Assembly: GCA_015680685.1 (NCBI GenBank) | Contig: MNCI01000921.1 | Span: forward strand, 244,423 to 308,422 | Direction of reading: 5' to 3' | DNA: 64,000 nt | Origin: Gnetum montanum | Taxonomy: Eukaryota; Plantae; Gnetophyta | Part shown: in pieces, positions 25,390-37,000 of the stretch | How positions within the stretch are numbered: the first letter of the stretch is position 1 | How the letters are laid out: the number at the start of each line of letters is the position of its first letter | Notes under the pieces: model-generated | Seen by the model: the letters and a program-made list of their open reading frames with translations, nothing else | What the model was told of the DNA's origin: nothing | Database searches by the model: none | Translations under genes and position numbers: made by a program

Positions 25390-27409
25390 CTAGGATCCCT
25401 TGCGGGCCTCACAAGCATGGGATGTTAGTACACACGTTTGATGTACTAAGTGCTCATTAGCGTATAGCACTAATGTAGCATTAGCTTTTTGCTTTACATT
25501 CACATGTTTTGCATTGTATTGATTTACATTTTTTAGTAGTTTGACATGTTTAATTTGCAAGATTGGCATGTTAGCAAAGCTTTGGTACACTTTGCATTTT
25601 GTTTCACATGCGGCATTCTAACACTTCACATTCTCACCATTAACATTTTTTGTGTTTGGCATTTTATTCCTGCACTTAGCAAATTCATTGAATTTTTTTT
25701 TAACTCTGGGCAACATAGCCTAGGATACCTGAAAAAATTCTAACTCTAGGTTACCCATCCCTAGGAGTGTAATGCACATAAATGTTAAAAAAAAAATTCT
25801 AACTACAGCTACACTCACCAAGGAATGTAACCCCAAAAAATCAAAAAATAATTCTAACAATTGGAAGCATAGCCCTAAAACATCCAAAATGTTGCAAAAG
25901 GAAAACAAACAAACTTCCTCCGAAGCTATCAAAACCACTCATAGCCTACCCAGGTATTAGTTGCAACCGTCACCCTAGTGGCCATTTTTCCATGCTTGGG
26001 TGCATCGCGCTTCCCAACGCTGTCATGCTATGGGGTGCACATGCCCCTCACACATGCCCTACTTCCATCACATCTAGCCCTCTCCTTGCCCCCACCCTAC
26101 ATTGCCCCCCTACATTAAAGAAAATAATGTGTTAGTGCCCCACCCATCAATCGTGGCCCTCCTAAGCTAAAATAGTTAAAAATTTTCTCTCCTTTTTTGC
26201 CCTACCACACAAAAAATGGTGGGACAGAACCCCAATGCACTCTCACTCTATCGTCTTCCTTTGACAACACTACCCAGTCCACTACACACCAACATCACAT
26301 GCTAGGATGCTTACCCAAGTTGTAGTCCTTATTTTCCTACCTTTGCCCCATGGTCTCCCCATGCATCTCTACTTGCTGCAACACCTCACCCTTGCCTTGC
26401 CTCACCTCACCCACTTGTGTGCCACTAGAAAAATGGAAAATAAAAAAAAGGTAGCAAAGGGTAAATCCTCTACTCCAAAATCCACTATCGCTTACAAGCC
26501 CAAAACCTTTGTCCAAAACCCCCTACCCCACGTAGCCACAGAACCCCCATTCAAAAATTATGAAGTGCCAAGAACAAAACCCTTACTCCCATGCATAGCC
26601 ATACCCTACCACCGTGATAAGCCAAGAGGCCAACCCCTTGGTTACATCCCAATCACCCATGCCCACATTGTTCATGCATAAAACAAAAAAAAAAGAGTCC
26701 CAAAGCAAAACCCATTACCCACAAATGTGCCCTCTCTTCCTGGTCATGTGTCCATGGCAGCCACAACAATGGTAGTCCCTGTAAAGGTAGGCCATCCCAA
26801 AGCCCAACAAGCCCCAACGCAAAGTGCAAGAAATAGTGAAATACATAAAAGAAACACTGTGTAAAGGGGTGAGTGTAGCAAGGTACTTGGTAGATAGTGA
26901 CTCCCTCCATTCCTCCATGTATGCCCAAGGAAAATGTCTTAGTACTTATATCCCCTCATCCACATTGACAAGTCTAGGATGCTCACATTTACTTCAGTGC
27001 GTCATGTTGACTACTACACTCTAGCTACTACGCTTTGGATGTTACACTTTAGCTTCTATGCTCTAATTGCCATGCTCTAGCTTCCACTCCTTGCTTCAAC
27101 CATGCTTTTAGAAAATGACAATTTACCCTTAGTGAAACGCACATATATACCCTCCTAGGGTAATTAAATACACCACCTATAGAGATGATGCCCCACACTT
27201 AGGCAAATTTTTCAAGCTTTTCTAAGCATAACAAGGGGTAGAGCATAGCAACCAAAGTTAGGAAAATTTTCAAACTTTTTCTGGTGGTCCTTGGAATTAA
27301 TTATTTTTTTGAATTTTTCTAATTGCCTAATGAATGCCTAGTGTAACTCCACATTCCAAACACTCTTAGCCTTCCCTAAAACAATGTATCTTGCATAATT
27401 AGTGATTCT

Positions 27410-27460
27410 CTATGACCTTAAACTAACAAACCATAGTCTATTAAGACCTTAAACTAGCAC
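27410..27460 (+). repeat. Two further GACCTTAAACTARCA motifs just upstream of RT
   Basis: ctatgaccttaaactaaca and ttaagaccttaaactagca. Confidence 0.6.
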
Positions 27461-27556
27461 CCCATGCCTTGACTTCATTTAAGATAGGTTTGGCTTAATA
27501 TTCCTTCTCATTGTTTTGCATGATACTTGGCAAGATTGCAACATGAGCATATACAG

Positions 27557-30500
27557 GCATCTTCACTCACCTCTAGTCCTCACCAAATCCCATGGTGACC
27601 TCCCATGATGCATTGATACTGAATGCTTAGACCTTGAGCCCATGGCTTGTGATGAACACATAACATCTGTAGAGGCATCCCTAGATTGGCTAGACCATCT
27701 AGTCAAAGCTCTAGATCTAGAGGTGGGCAACATCATTGAGGATCCCCTCATTGAAGTCCTTGTAGAAACACTTAGTGGCAAGGCAAAAACATTGACACTT
27801 AGTTTCTTTTTAGAGCCTCAACACACCCAAAGCATCACCTAAGTCCTTAATGATAATATCAAGGTCTTTGCATAGTCTTATGAAGACATGTTAAGCCTAG
27901 ATCCTTGCATAGTGTACCACAACATAATCCTTGATCCTCGCATAAAACTAGTTAAGTAGAAAATCCACAAGGTTAGGCCTAACCTAGCATTGGTAGTCTG
28001 TGATGAAACTACTAAGCTCTACAAAGCTGGCTTCATCCAAGCTGTTGACCACATAGATTGGGTCTCCAACATCATGGTTATACTTAAGAAAAATGGAAGC
28101 ATACACATTTGCACAGACTTCTAGGACCTGAACAAGGCAACCATGAAAGACAATTTCCCATTGCCTAGTATCCCATTGCCTAGTATTGATTAATTGGTCA
28201 ATACTACAGTTGGTCATGCCTTAATGTCCTTCATGGATGAGTTCTCTGGTTACAACCAGATTCAGATCAACCCAGAGCACCAGCTTAGTACTACCTTCAT
28301 GACCCCTTGGGTTACATTTTGTTACATAATGATGTCTTTTGAACTAAAGAACAAAGAAGCAACCTATCAATGCATCATGATGTACATTTTTAGTAATTAC
28401 TTGTTAGATTTTCTCAACAACTACATTGATGACATTGTAGTTAAGTCCAAAATGGCACATAACTATGCAGATGACTTAGACCATGTACTCAAACATTGCC
28501 TAAGACATGACCTTAGGTTGAATCCTAAGATTTATGTCTTTAGTGTCAAAATGGATTACATGCTAGGTTTCGTAGTATTAGAAGTAGGCATACGCATAGA
28601 CCCCAATAAGGTTAAGGTCATTATCAACTTATCACCATCGGCTAACCTTCAGGGCTTACATGGGTTACAAGGTAGACTACCATTCATTTGTAGGTTTATT
28701 ACACGGTTGACTGACAAGTTGCAGCCAATGCAACATCTCCTCAAAAAGGAAGTCCACTTCGAGTGGACTACTTAATGCCAAAAGGCATTTGACAACCTTA
28801 AATAGGAGTTGGCTCAAGTTTTAATTGTCAACCCTTTGCAAGGAGATAAATAATTCTACATCTACCTTGCAACCTTCAATGTGTCCATCGCTTCTCTGCT
28901 TTGCCAAAAGTGAGATGATGGTTGAGAGGTCCCTATATACTACCTAAGCCATGCATTAGTGGCCCATGAAGCAAAATATAATGATGTGGAGAAGAACTAC
29001 CTCACCTTGGTCTTTATGCTTAAGAAGTGAAGGCACTATCTTCTCTATAGCTAGGTAAACATCATCTACAAAAGTAATGTACTTTGGGCCATCACCATGA
29101 ACATTTGTGAAGGTAGTCAAATTGCACACTAGAAAGCAATAACCATGGAGTTTGACCTACATTACACAGTACAAGAATCAACTAAAGATTAAGTAATAGC
29201 CACATAACTCATAACTTCACCAGTAAATGATCAAGCAATGATAGATCCAAAATTTTTGGATAAGCATATTAGTAGCATAAGCCAAGTGCTTGCCAACTTT
29301 GGGGTAGTCTTACACTTTGATGATGCTTTAACTTCTCAAGGGGGTAGTGCTACTGCTATAATCATGTCTTCCTTTGGGGAACTCCAATCCTTCACTTCTG
29401 ACTTTGCATTTCCTTACATCAACAATGTGGCAAAGTACAAAGGTATCCTTAGAGGAATCTTAACAGCTTATGACCTAGGAATTCAATTCCTAGTGATCGG
29501 AGGTGATTCACAGTTAGTTATTAATCACGTTATAGATGTTTATGCTTACAAAGCACAACACTTACAACCTTACTACGACTTGGCAAAGCACTTGCTCAAA
29601 CATTTTGCAACCACAAATATCCAACACATTCCCTGCAATGAGAACACCATTGCCAACACATTAGCTACATTAGCCTTAATCATTGCTCCTAATATGTTTC
29701 ATGCCTTGCCCACCTCAGTAACAAATTATACCAAACCTATTACATAAATAATTAGCATTCCATCCATAACCACAACAAGCACAACTCACACACAAGAATA
29801 GTACGATGACATTAAGACGTACCTTTAACAGGATGAGCCTCCACAACATCTAACCACTACCCAAAAGGATGCATTGCAAAAATGGTGACAAAAGTACATC
29901 CTTGTAGATCATATCACACTATGTCATAGATCCTACAATGGCATACTACTAACTTGCATTAGTGACAACAAAGTGCAAATGATTGTTGATCAACTCCATG
30001 AGAGACTATGCAAAGGTCACATAGTGCCTAGGGCAACGACATCAAAGATCAAACGCTTAGGCTACTATTGGCCTTACATGGAGTGCGATTGCATTTCCAA
30101 GGACAAGACATATGATGTGTGTCAATGGCATGGCAATTTAATGCATGTGCCACCCATTGAACTACACACCACATAGATCACGTGGCCATTCCAATGTTGT
30201 GGGTTGGATATCATAGGACCTATCATGCCTAAATATTTTGCAGGATACACAAGTACAACCTAATACTTTACCAAGTGGGTTGAAGCTATTCCCCTTAGGA
30301 AGACAACATCACAATAGGTTTGCAAATTCATCCTTGATAACATAGTAACCCAATTTAGTCTACCCATGACTATAGTCATAGACAATGGATCACAATTTAG
30401 CAGTGCAAGACCAAAGCCTTTTACAAATATCTTAGTGTTAAGCATTCCTTTTCATCACCATACTACCCATAGGAAAATGGCCAACTGGAGGCCATAAACA

Positions 30501-31030
30501 AAGTCATCATCAACCTTTTGAAGAAGATGGTTAGTAGAAGCAAACAACGAGGGCACAAGTAGCTAGTCTACACACTATGGGCCTGTCACATAACATGCAA
30601 AATAGCAACAAGTAAGATTCCATATAGTCTTGTATATGGGTCTGAAGTGGTGTTGCCTCTTGAATTGTAGGTTCCATCGCTCTATGTGATCCTCTTGAGC
30701 TTTATTGATGAGGATCATAACAATGAGTTGAGAATCATTAACCTTGATTCTATAAAAGAGAAGGTCATGTAGATGCTTGATCACATCGAACACTACTAAG
30801 AAAAGCAATGGCAAAAGCACCATCACAATTAGCATCAATGCCTAATCAAGAAAGGGAACTTAGTTCTCAAGGCCATTCACAAACTTGTAGATAAATTCTC
30901 AACCAACGGGGAAGGGCCTTTCTTGTTCACAAAGGCCTATGAAAATAGAGCATTTAGGCTTGTTAATCTAGATGGAAACGAGTTTTTCAATCTAGTCAAC
31001 CATTTGTATCTAAAGCCCAACTACACCTAA
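27557..31030 (+). pseudogene. Element C pol: RT, RNase H, archaeal RNase H, integrase
   Basis: RT SFMDEFSGYNQI..YIDDIVVKS (28194-28775). RH PIYYLSH..VEKNYLTL (~28930-29010). aRH LHFDD..NNVAKY..GDSQLVIN (29238-29747). INT HERLCKGH..GYYWP..CQWHG (29973-30176), DNGSQF, and GEGPF..LYLKP at the C-terminus. Confidence 0.92.
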
Positions 31031-31073
31031 CATGTAGTGCCACATCAACAAAAGTAAGGTAAGCAAGCATCCA

Positions 31074-31449
31074 CTATGACATTAGACTGGCACAATACAT
31101 CCTTGGGCTACAACAGTAAATGGGCATCCATAGCACAAATTCACTATGACATTAAACTGGCACACTCATTCACTATTACATTAAACTAACATAGCAAGTC
31201 TGCTATAACTATAAACTGGCATAGATTTTCCTTAGGCTATGACACTAAACTAGCACCCACAGCATAGTCTACTATGACTATAAACTAGCACAACATCCAG
31301 CGTCCACTACAACATTAAACTAGCACACAGTAGTTTGCTAGGACTATAAACTAGCACATCATAGTCTACCAAGACCTTAAATTGGGTTCACGGTTTGTTA
31401 GGACCCTAAACTAGCACAACATGCAGTCTACCAAGACCTTAAACTAGGT
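31074..31449 (+). repeat. Array of 12 copies of a 19-bp motif CTAYGACnnTAAACTRGCA with variable 10-17 bp spacers
   Basis: Unit starts at 31074, 31108, 31144, 31173, 31203, 31237, 31272, 31307, 31338, 31369, 31398 and 31431. Confidence 0.85.
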
Positions 31450-33123
31450 TCACAATTTAGTAGGCATGGCTCAACATGCACAATTTTGTAGATAGGCAAG
31501 CATGAATACTTCCAATCCTCTATTATCTGCCCACACTTTGTACCTAGGGCGAGGGTGAGATGTTGCAATTCTAGAATTGAATTCACATCATCAAGAGAAA
31601 ATCCTTTGGAACATTTGCAACATTACCACCCTTGGTATTTTGGTGATCCTTTGGAGATGCCCTAGGGAATTTTGTTGACCTTTTGGAGCTCCTACCACTA
31701 TCACTAGTCGTACCACCCTCAAGCCACACTAACAGCATCACCAGCCTTGGGTATTTCATTATTGGTTAGAACTCTCACCATTAGCATCACCCACTGGAGT
31801 CCTATTAGTACTTTGTCCCAGCCACCTTACTACCATCCTCCAACCCTTACCATTGCCTAAGCTTGGAAGCACATTCAACATCCTGGCTCTCTACCATTTT
31901 GCTAGATTTCCAAGCTCATGTCCTTGGTGTGGAGTCTCAAGCACCTGCATCACCACTGCCCTTGCCTACTTTTCTAGCCTCCTTAGGGTGTTTGCTTCTA
32001 ATGTGGCTACTAGAGATTTTACAACCTTCTAACTCTAGCACCTGCACTAGCCTTTCTACTTTGGCACTACAAATTCTTGCAACTAGCCTAGCACTTATGA
32101 AACTTGAAACGCCCTTACAACCAACAGTTTTCTCTTATCTCACATGGTATGGTTGTTTTCTTATTTTCTCTATGTTTTGTTTGCAAGACAAAGCCCCAAA
32201 GGCAGTTGTTCAAAGACACATTTCATTGCAACAGCAAGTCACCACATTACTCTGGCATGCCTAGTTGAACTCACCAAGCCACTCAAGAGTGCACATCCCT
32301 ATTACCCTACTATAGCCTACTCACATTTACCTCTTTACCTTACATTTCCCTGCCTTCCCTGCAAGCTTCTCTAATTTACATAGCACCTTTCTTTTAGTCA
32401 ACCACAGAACCCATGACCGACATAACACAACTCATCCCATGGGGAGCCTCTGTGGGCTAGTCAAAGCCCAAGCAGATGTAACAAAACTCATCCTGAGGAG
32501 GAAACACTTGTCCTATAGATGTGACACGATTGCCTCTAAGCAAATCCCATCAAGTGGTATGCAGTCCACTCGATGATAAGCATCTTGTACCTAGCATTTC
32601 TTAAAGAAAAAAGCACAAAAGCAAAGGACAAAAAGCATTTCACAAAAAAAAAAAAGGAGGGTAAAACATGTCCCCAAGTAGAATCTAGCAAACCTACAAT
32701 TTTGCAACTAGTCCAACACTAAATTTGCATCAACCTTCTCATAAGTACTTTGACAAGAGGTTAACATGTCAGGGGTAAGTCATTTCAATGCTATGGGCAA
32801 TCACTCTCTCACAAGCATTCTGATGAAAGGTCATCGTTTTAACAACAAGCCACCCTAGTGCCATAATCATCATCAACCATGCTAAGTTCGCATCTTGTAG
32901 CATGATACACCATTTGCATCTTACTCCTTTCTTGCCATCCCAAGTCAATTCTCTACATCCATTACTCTCAGCATATCATTTTCCTTAGCACTATCGCATC
33001 TGGTGAAGCACCATATGATTAGGTACTGATGAGTGATGTTGGCATTACACCTATTATGGTGTTTTAGGTTCTTTGTCAACATCTCTCGAGCCACTCCTCT
33101 AAATGTCAACAAAGATGGGCCAA

Positions 33124-34087
33124 TGAAACACCACCAAATTTAGGCCCCAGCACCTTAATGAAAAATTTGTCTAAGTGTTAACATGAGGTAAATTTTTTCT
33201 AAGTGTTTGGCCCATGCTTCCACTACTGAGACTATGCTCTAAAGCATAGTCAACATAGCATGCAGCACATAACTAGATTTGCAAAAAAATTTGTTAGTGT
33301 TGTGTTATGCTCCTACGCTCCCTACTATGCTCTAGAGTATCCTTAGCATAGCATGCACTTTAATGGCTAGTTTACCTAAGTGTCAAGCTAGAAGCTGTTA
33401 AGCTAGCTTAGAATGGAAGAAACAGTTTGACAAATTTTCTAACTCCTAGGGCTACCCCTTTTGCTATGCTCCAAAGTGTAGCCAACATAGCTTGGATGAG
33501 GACTGTAAGTTTTGCCAAATTTTTTCTAAGTGTTAGTGCTATGCTCTCACTTTTTCCTACTATGCTTCAGAGCATAGCTAGTGTAGCTAGCACTAGACCT
33601 CAATTTTTGTAGATTTTGCCTAACTATTGGGCTATGCTCCAAAGTGTAGCTAGCATAGCAATGAAGGACAAACTCCAAAAGCTTCCAGAGCTTAACACCA
33701 ACCTACATCTTAGCTCCAACACTCCTTTAGCAAGCAAGATCAACAATTTTCATTTCTTTTGCACACCCCCCACCCCCCATTTTTCCCAAAATTATACCTA
33801 TGCTCAATCCCACTCAAAAGAGGGGAGAGCATAGTCCTAAAGTGTAGCCTCCAAATTGCATGGCGTTGCATTATTTGTAGGTACATTATGATCTTTTCAA
33901 CTCTGGCACATAGTCTTGGCAGCATAGTCATAGTTCAGCAATCTCTTGGGGTCCATTAGAGCATACCAAAGTGTAGCACTAGTTGCTCCAATGGGAGCAT
34001 AGTTGGGTCTAGCATAGCCCCAACTACCCTCATGCCACATGGTGCCCGATCCATACTTTACATCAATCCTAACCCTATAAATACCCT
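33124..34087 (+). repeat. 3' LTR of element C, truncated just after the TATA box
   Basis: Preceded by the PPT and colinear with 15067-15715. Ends aaccctataaataccct, then switches to element E LTR sequence. Confidence 0.85.
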
Positions 34088-37000
34088 TACAATCAACCAT
34101 ACGAATATGAGCGTCTCACACGTGATCTGGTCAAACTCCAAGGGCTAAGTGCTTACGCGCCTTAATGGAACACTTAGGGTTAATCAATCGTTGTTTTCCC
34201 AAACTTTCTTGTATTGTCATGGTTGTATGGTTAAGTAATCTTGAGGTACATGATTTTTATAACTTTTATCTTTTTTATTTCTTATGCTAATAAGGGAAAT
34301 GGAAAGAGAACTAAGTGATTAACTTACATTAACTATTCATTAATTAGGTTCTAATTTTCCTAACACCAATATTTGTTCCCACTTATTGTACACATCCTAA
34401 ACCAGTGCAACACTACTGGGATTACCAAACGCTAATTGTTACTGGGTAACCAAGCGCTACATGCATGCTTGAAGTGGTCGTACTGAGTGCACTTAACTAA
34501 GAGGATCAAGGGGTTGAGAGAGAAATTAATTAACTAGGAAAGCATTAAACATTCAATAAGAATTAATTACTAATTAGCTTAGTCCGTATGCTGCAAGGTT
34601 TATCATAAAGTTCATCTTTATTGTCCTACACGAATGTGTGCTTAGGTACAATTTGCTCGAATAAAGATCCGTTCACTCTATGACTCCTATTGCGGGCATA
34701 CAGAAATTATTCTAACTCTAGAATGGTAAAACTACAAGATTTTGGCTAAGGGTCTAAGTCTAACTATTGGGAACAAAGGGTGCTACCTCTTATTTATAGA
34801 AGATGAGGCAATACACGATATCGCATACGTGATATTACATGGCGGATGCAAATCACATGACGGATGCGATATCACGTGCACAATATCATGGCTCATCATA
34901 CCCCCATGACTGAATAAAAACTCATCCTTGAGTTCCTTACAAAATATTGGGAAGGTATTGAATTATTGACCTGAATGACACTAGTGGTGAATGGGGTGAC
35001 ATGTGAATGAATGAATAATTACAATACATGAAAATATTAGTGTTCATGACCACAAGAGTGAATACTATACACATTTGACATCCAACCTTATTTGGTAGCT
35101 GAGAGAGAAGAGAGAGAGAGAGAAAAGAAGAAGTTTGTTGCTGCTGACGCCAAGATTACGCTTCCCGTTGTTCATCCATAAGCGTGCCATCAATCTCGTT
35201 CCTTGCACAACTTTTCCAGCACCAATCTGTCCTGAGTGTTTCCTCAAAATCTAGTCCATTGCTATATGAGTGCCATCTGCACACACAACACAGTCACATA
35301 TGAGCAAGGATAAGTAAATCATACTACAGTTGATACCTTGCTTCGGTGTAAGGTCCATTGGTTGAGTTGTGATATGGCCAAGACGTATTTTAGAGATATA
35401 ACACTGATGACTACCTAAGGTGTAGGGGTTAGGAAAAATTGAAAAAATTGGACTAGGGCCCCCATGACTAAGAGCAATCCTCCGGTAGCGATAGAATGGA
35501 AAAAGATAAGGAATAAGAAAGATGGAAAAAAAGAAACAATGGCAACGTCGATAAAATGGATGTCAGAAGTGGGAATGAACAAAACAAATGGTGATTGCAT
35601 AAATGTTTAAGGAAAAGAAGGTAACTGATGCACCAAATAGGAATGCCAATGGGTCCTCCTCAAAGCAGGCTCATGCCCGTTATGCCCTAACAAACCCTCA
35701 TTCAAAGAGTTCATAGGCTCTGGAAATGTCATTCGAAAGCAAGAGTTAAAGTCTTAACCACAAGGATTTACCAAAAGGAAAACAATGTATCAACCAAAAT
35801 ATAGACTACTGATATAACTAGCAATGAGGTGGTAAATGGAGAAAGAATGATGGAAAGAAGAGAATGGAATGGAGTCTCAAGACAAGGTGGTGTACAGCCC
35901 CTTGTGTATTAATGGTTAATATGACTTAGTAGATCTCATTCCAAATCCAGCTACAAATAATCCACATCCAATGAATTTGCATTAATATATTTGGCCAATC
36001 CATCCACTTGAAGTAATAGGAATGCTTTCGCCAAAAGGTCACCACCATTCCAAGGAAACGAGAAAGGCGAAAGTAGGAAGCGAGAAAGGACCTTAATTAG
36101 AGGGAACATGTTTGTTTAGTTCCATAACTAGTGCTTGTAGCCCAGATGATTATTTCGTCTAAGGGGTGTGCTTTGAATTCTCACTTTTTCTCCTTCTCTC
36201 TCTCTCTCTCTTTTTTTTTTTTTTTTTGCATGAGAACCATACCATGCAAAGACTTATTATTTTATTAGCTCAGCTTCCCGATAATGGAGCAATGTCAAAA
36301 TGGTAAGGAGAACTCAAGAATAAAACATCCAAGCACCCAAGAGAATGGCTAGCACAAATGCATCAAATCCCCTTGAATTCACACCCTTTTCAGTCCTTGA
36401 GTCCTTCCTCAGTTTGAGAAATACCTAGTCACTAGTTCGTTAATAGTTTCATTGTTAAGAAAGGGATCATACAATTCCAAGCCAAGAGAGAGCATAGACA
36501 TTTATGAATGCATGGATGACATGGATTCATTACCTGTTATACCAAAAGAACTATACCTTAGTATCAACATTGTAACTCCAAGGTAAAAACCAAACATTAG
36601 CAATCAATAGAATACAGTTCATACCACCATCAGGAGCACTTATTAGGTAACAAACCTAACAAAATAAATAAATACACAAAGAAATAGAAAAGTATAAACA
36701 ATGTTGCAAAAAAAAAATAAAAACAAAAATAAGAAAAGTTAAAGAAATTTGTAAAACAAAAAATTAAAAAGGAACTGAGGGCCTCAAATGATCAGCAAAG
36801 GTGGCCATCTCCCCCATGACTGGGTTAGGAGATGCATCTAAGCTTTCGATGTAGGCATAGGTTATTCCCTCAGTTAATTCCATGCACGTTGGTGAGTTTC
36901 TCTCTTGATCAGCCATCAACCACTAGGTGTCTTCTTGTTGTATGGTTGTTATATACAGGCACTTCTGTATGTTAATTTTTTGTGCACACCGGTTGCATGT

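Larger units (their letters stand above)
15067..34087 (+). mobile_element. Element C: Tat/Ogre-like Ty3/gypsy LTR retrotransposon with archaeal-type RNase H
   Basis: LTR copies starting tgaaacaccacc at 15067 and 33124, PPT aaagatgggccaa at 33111-33123. Domain order gag, PR, RT, RH, aRH, INT. Both LTRs are 3'-truncated, so PBS and TSD are not verifiable. Confidence 0.85.

Noticed and set aside
29238-29747. Horizontally acquired or host RNase H gene
   Set aside because: It is the archaeal-type RNase H domain that is a known standard feature of Tat-lineage pol.
31074-31449. CRISPR array interpretation
   Set aside because: Eukaryotic retrotransposon context, no cas genes, degenerate 19-bp repeats and 10-17 bp spacers that partly resemble one another.
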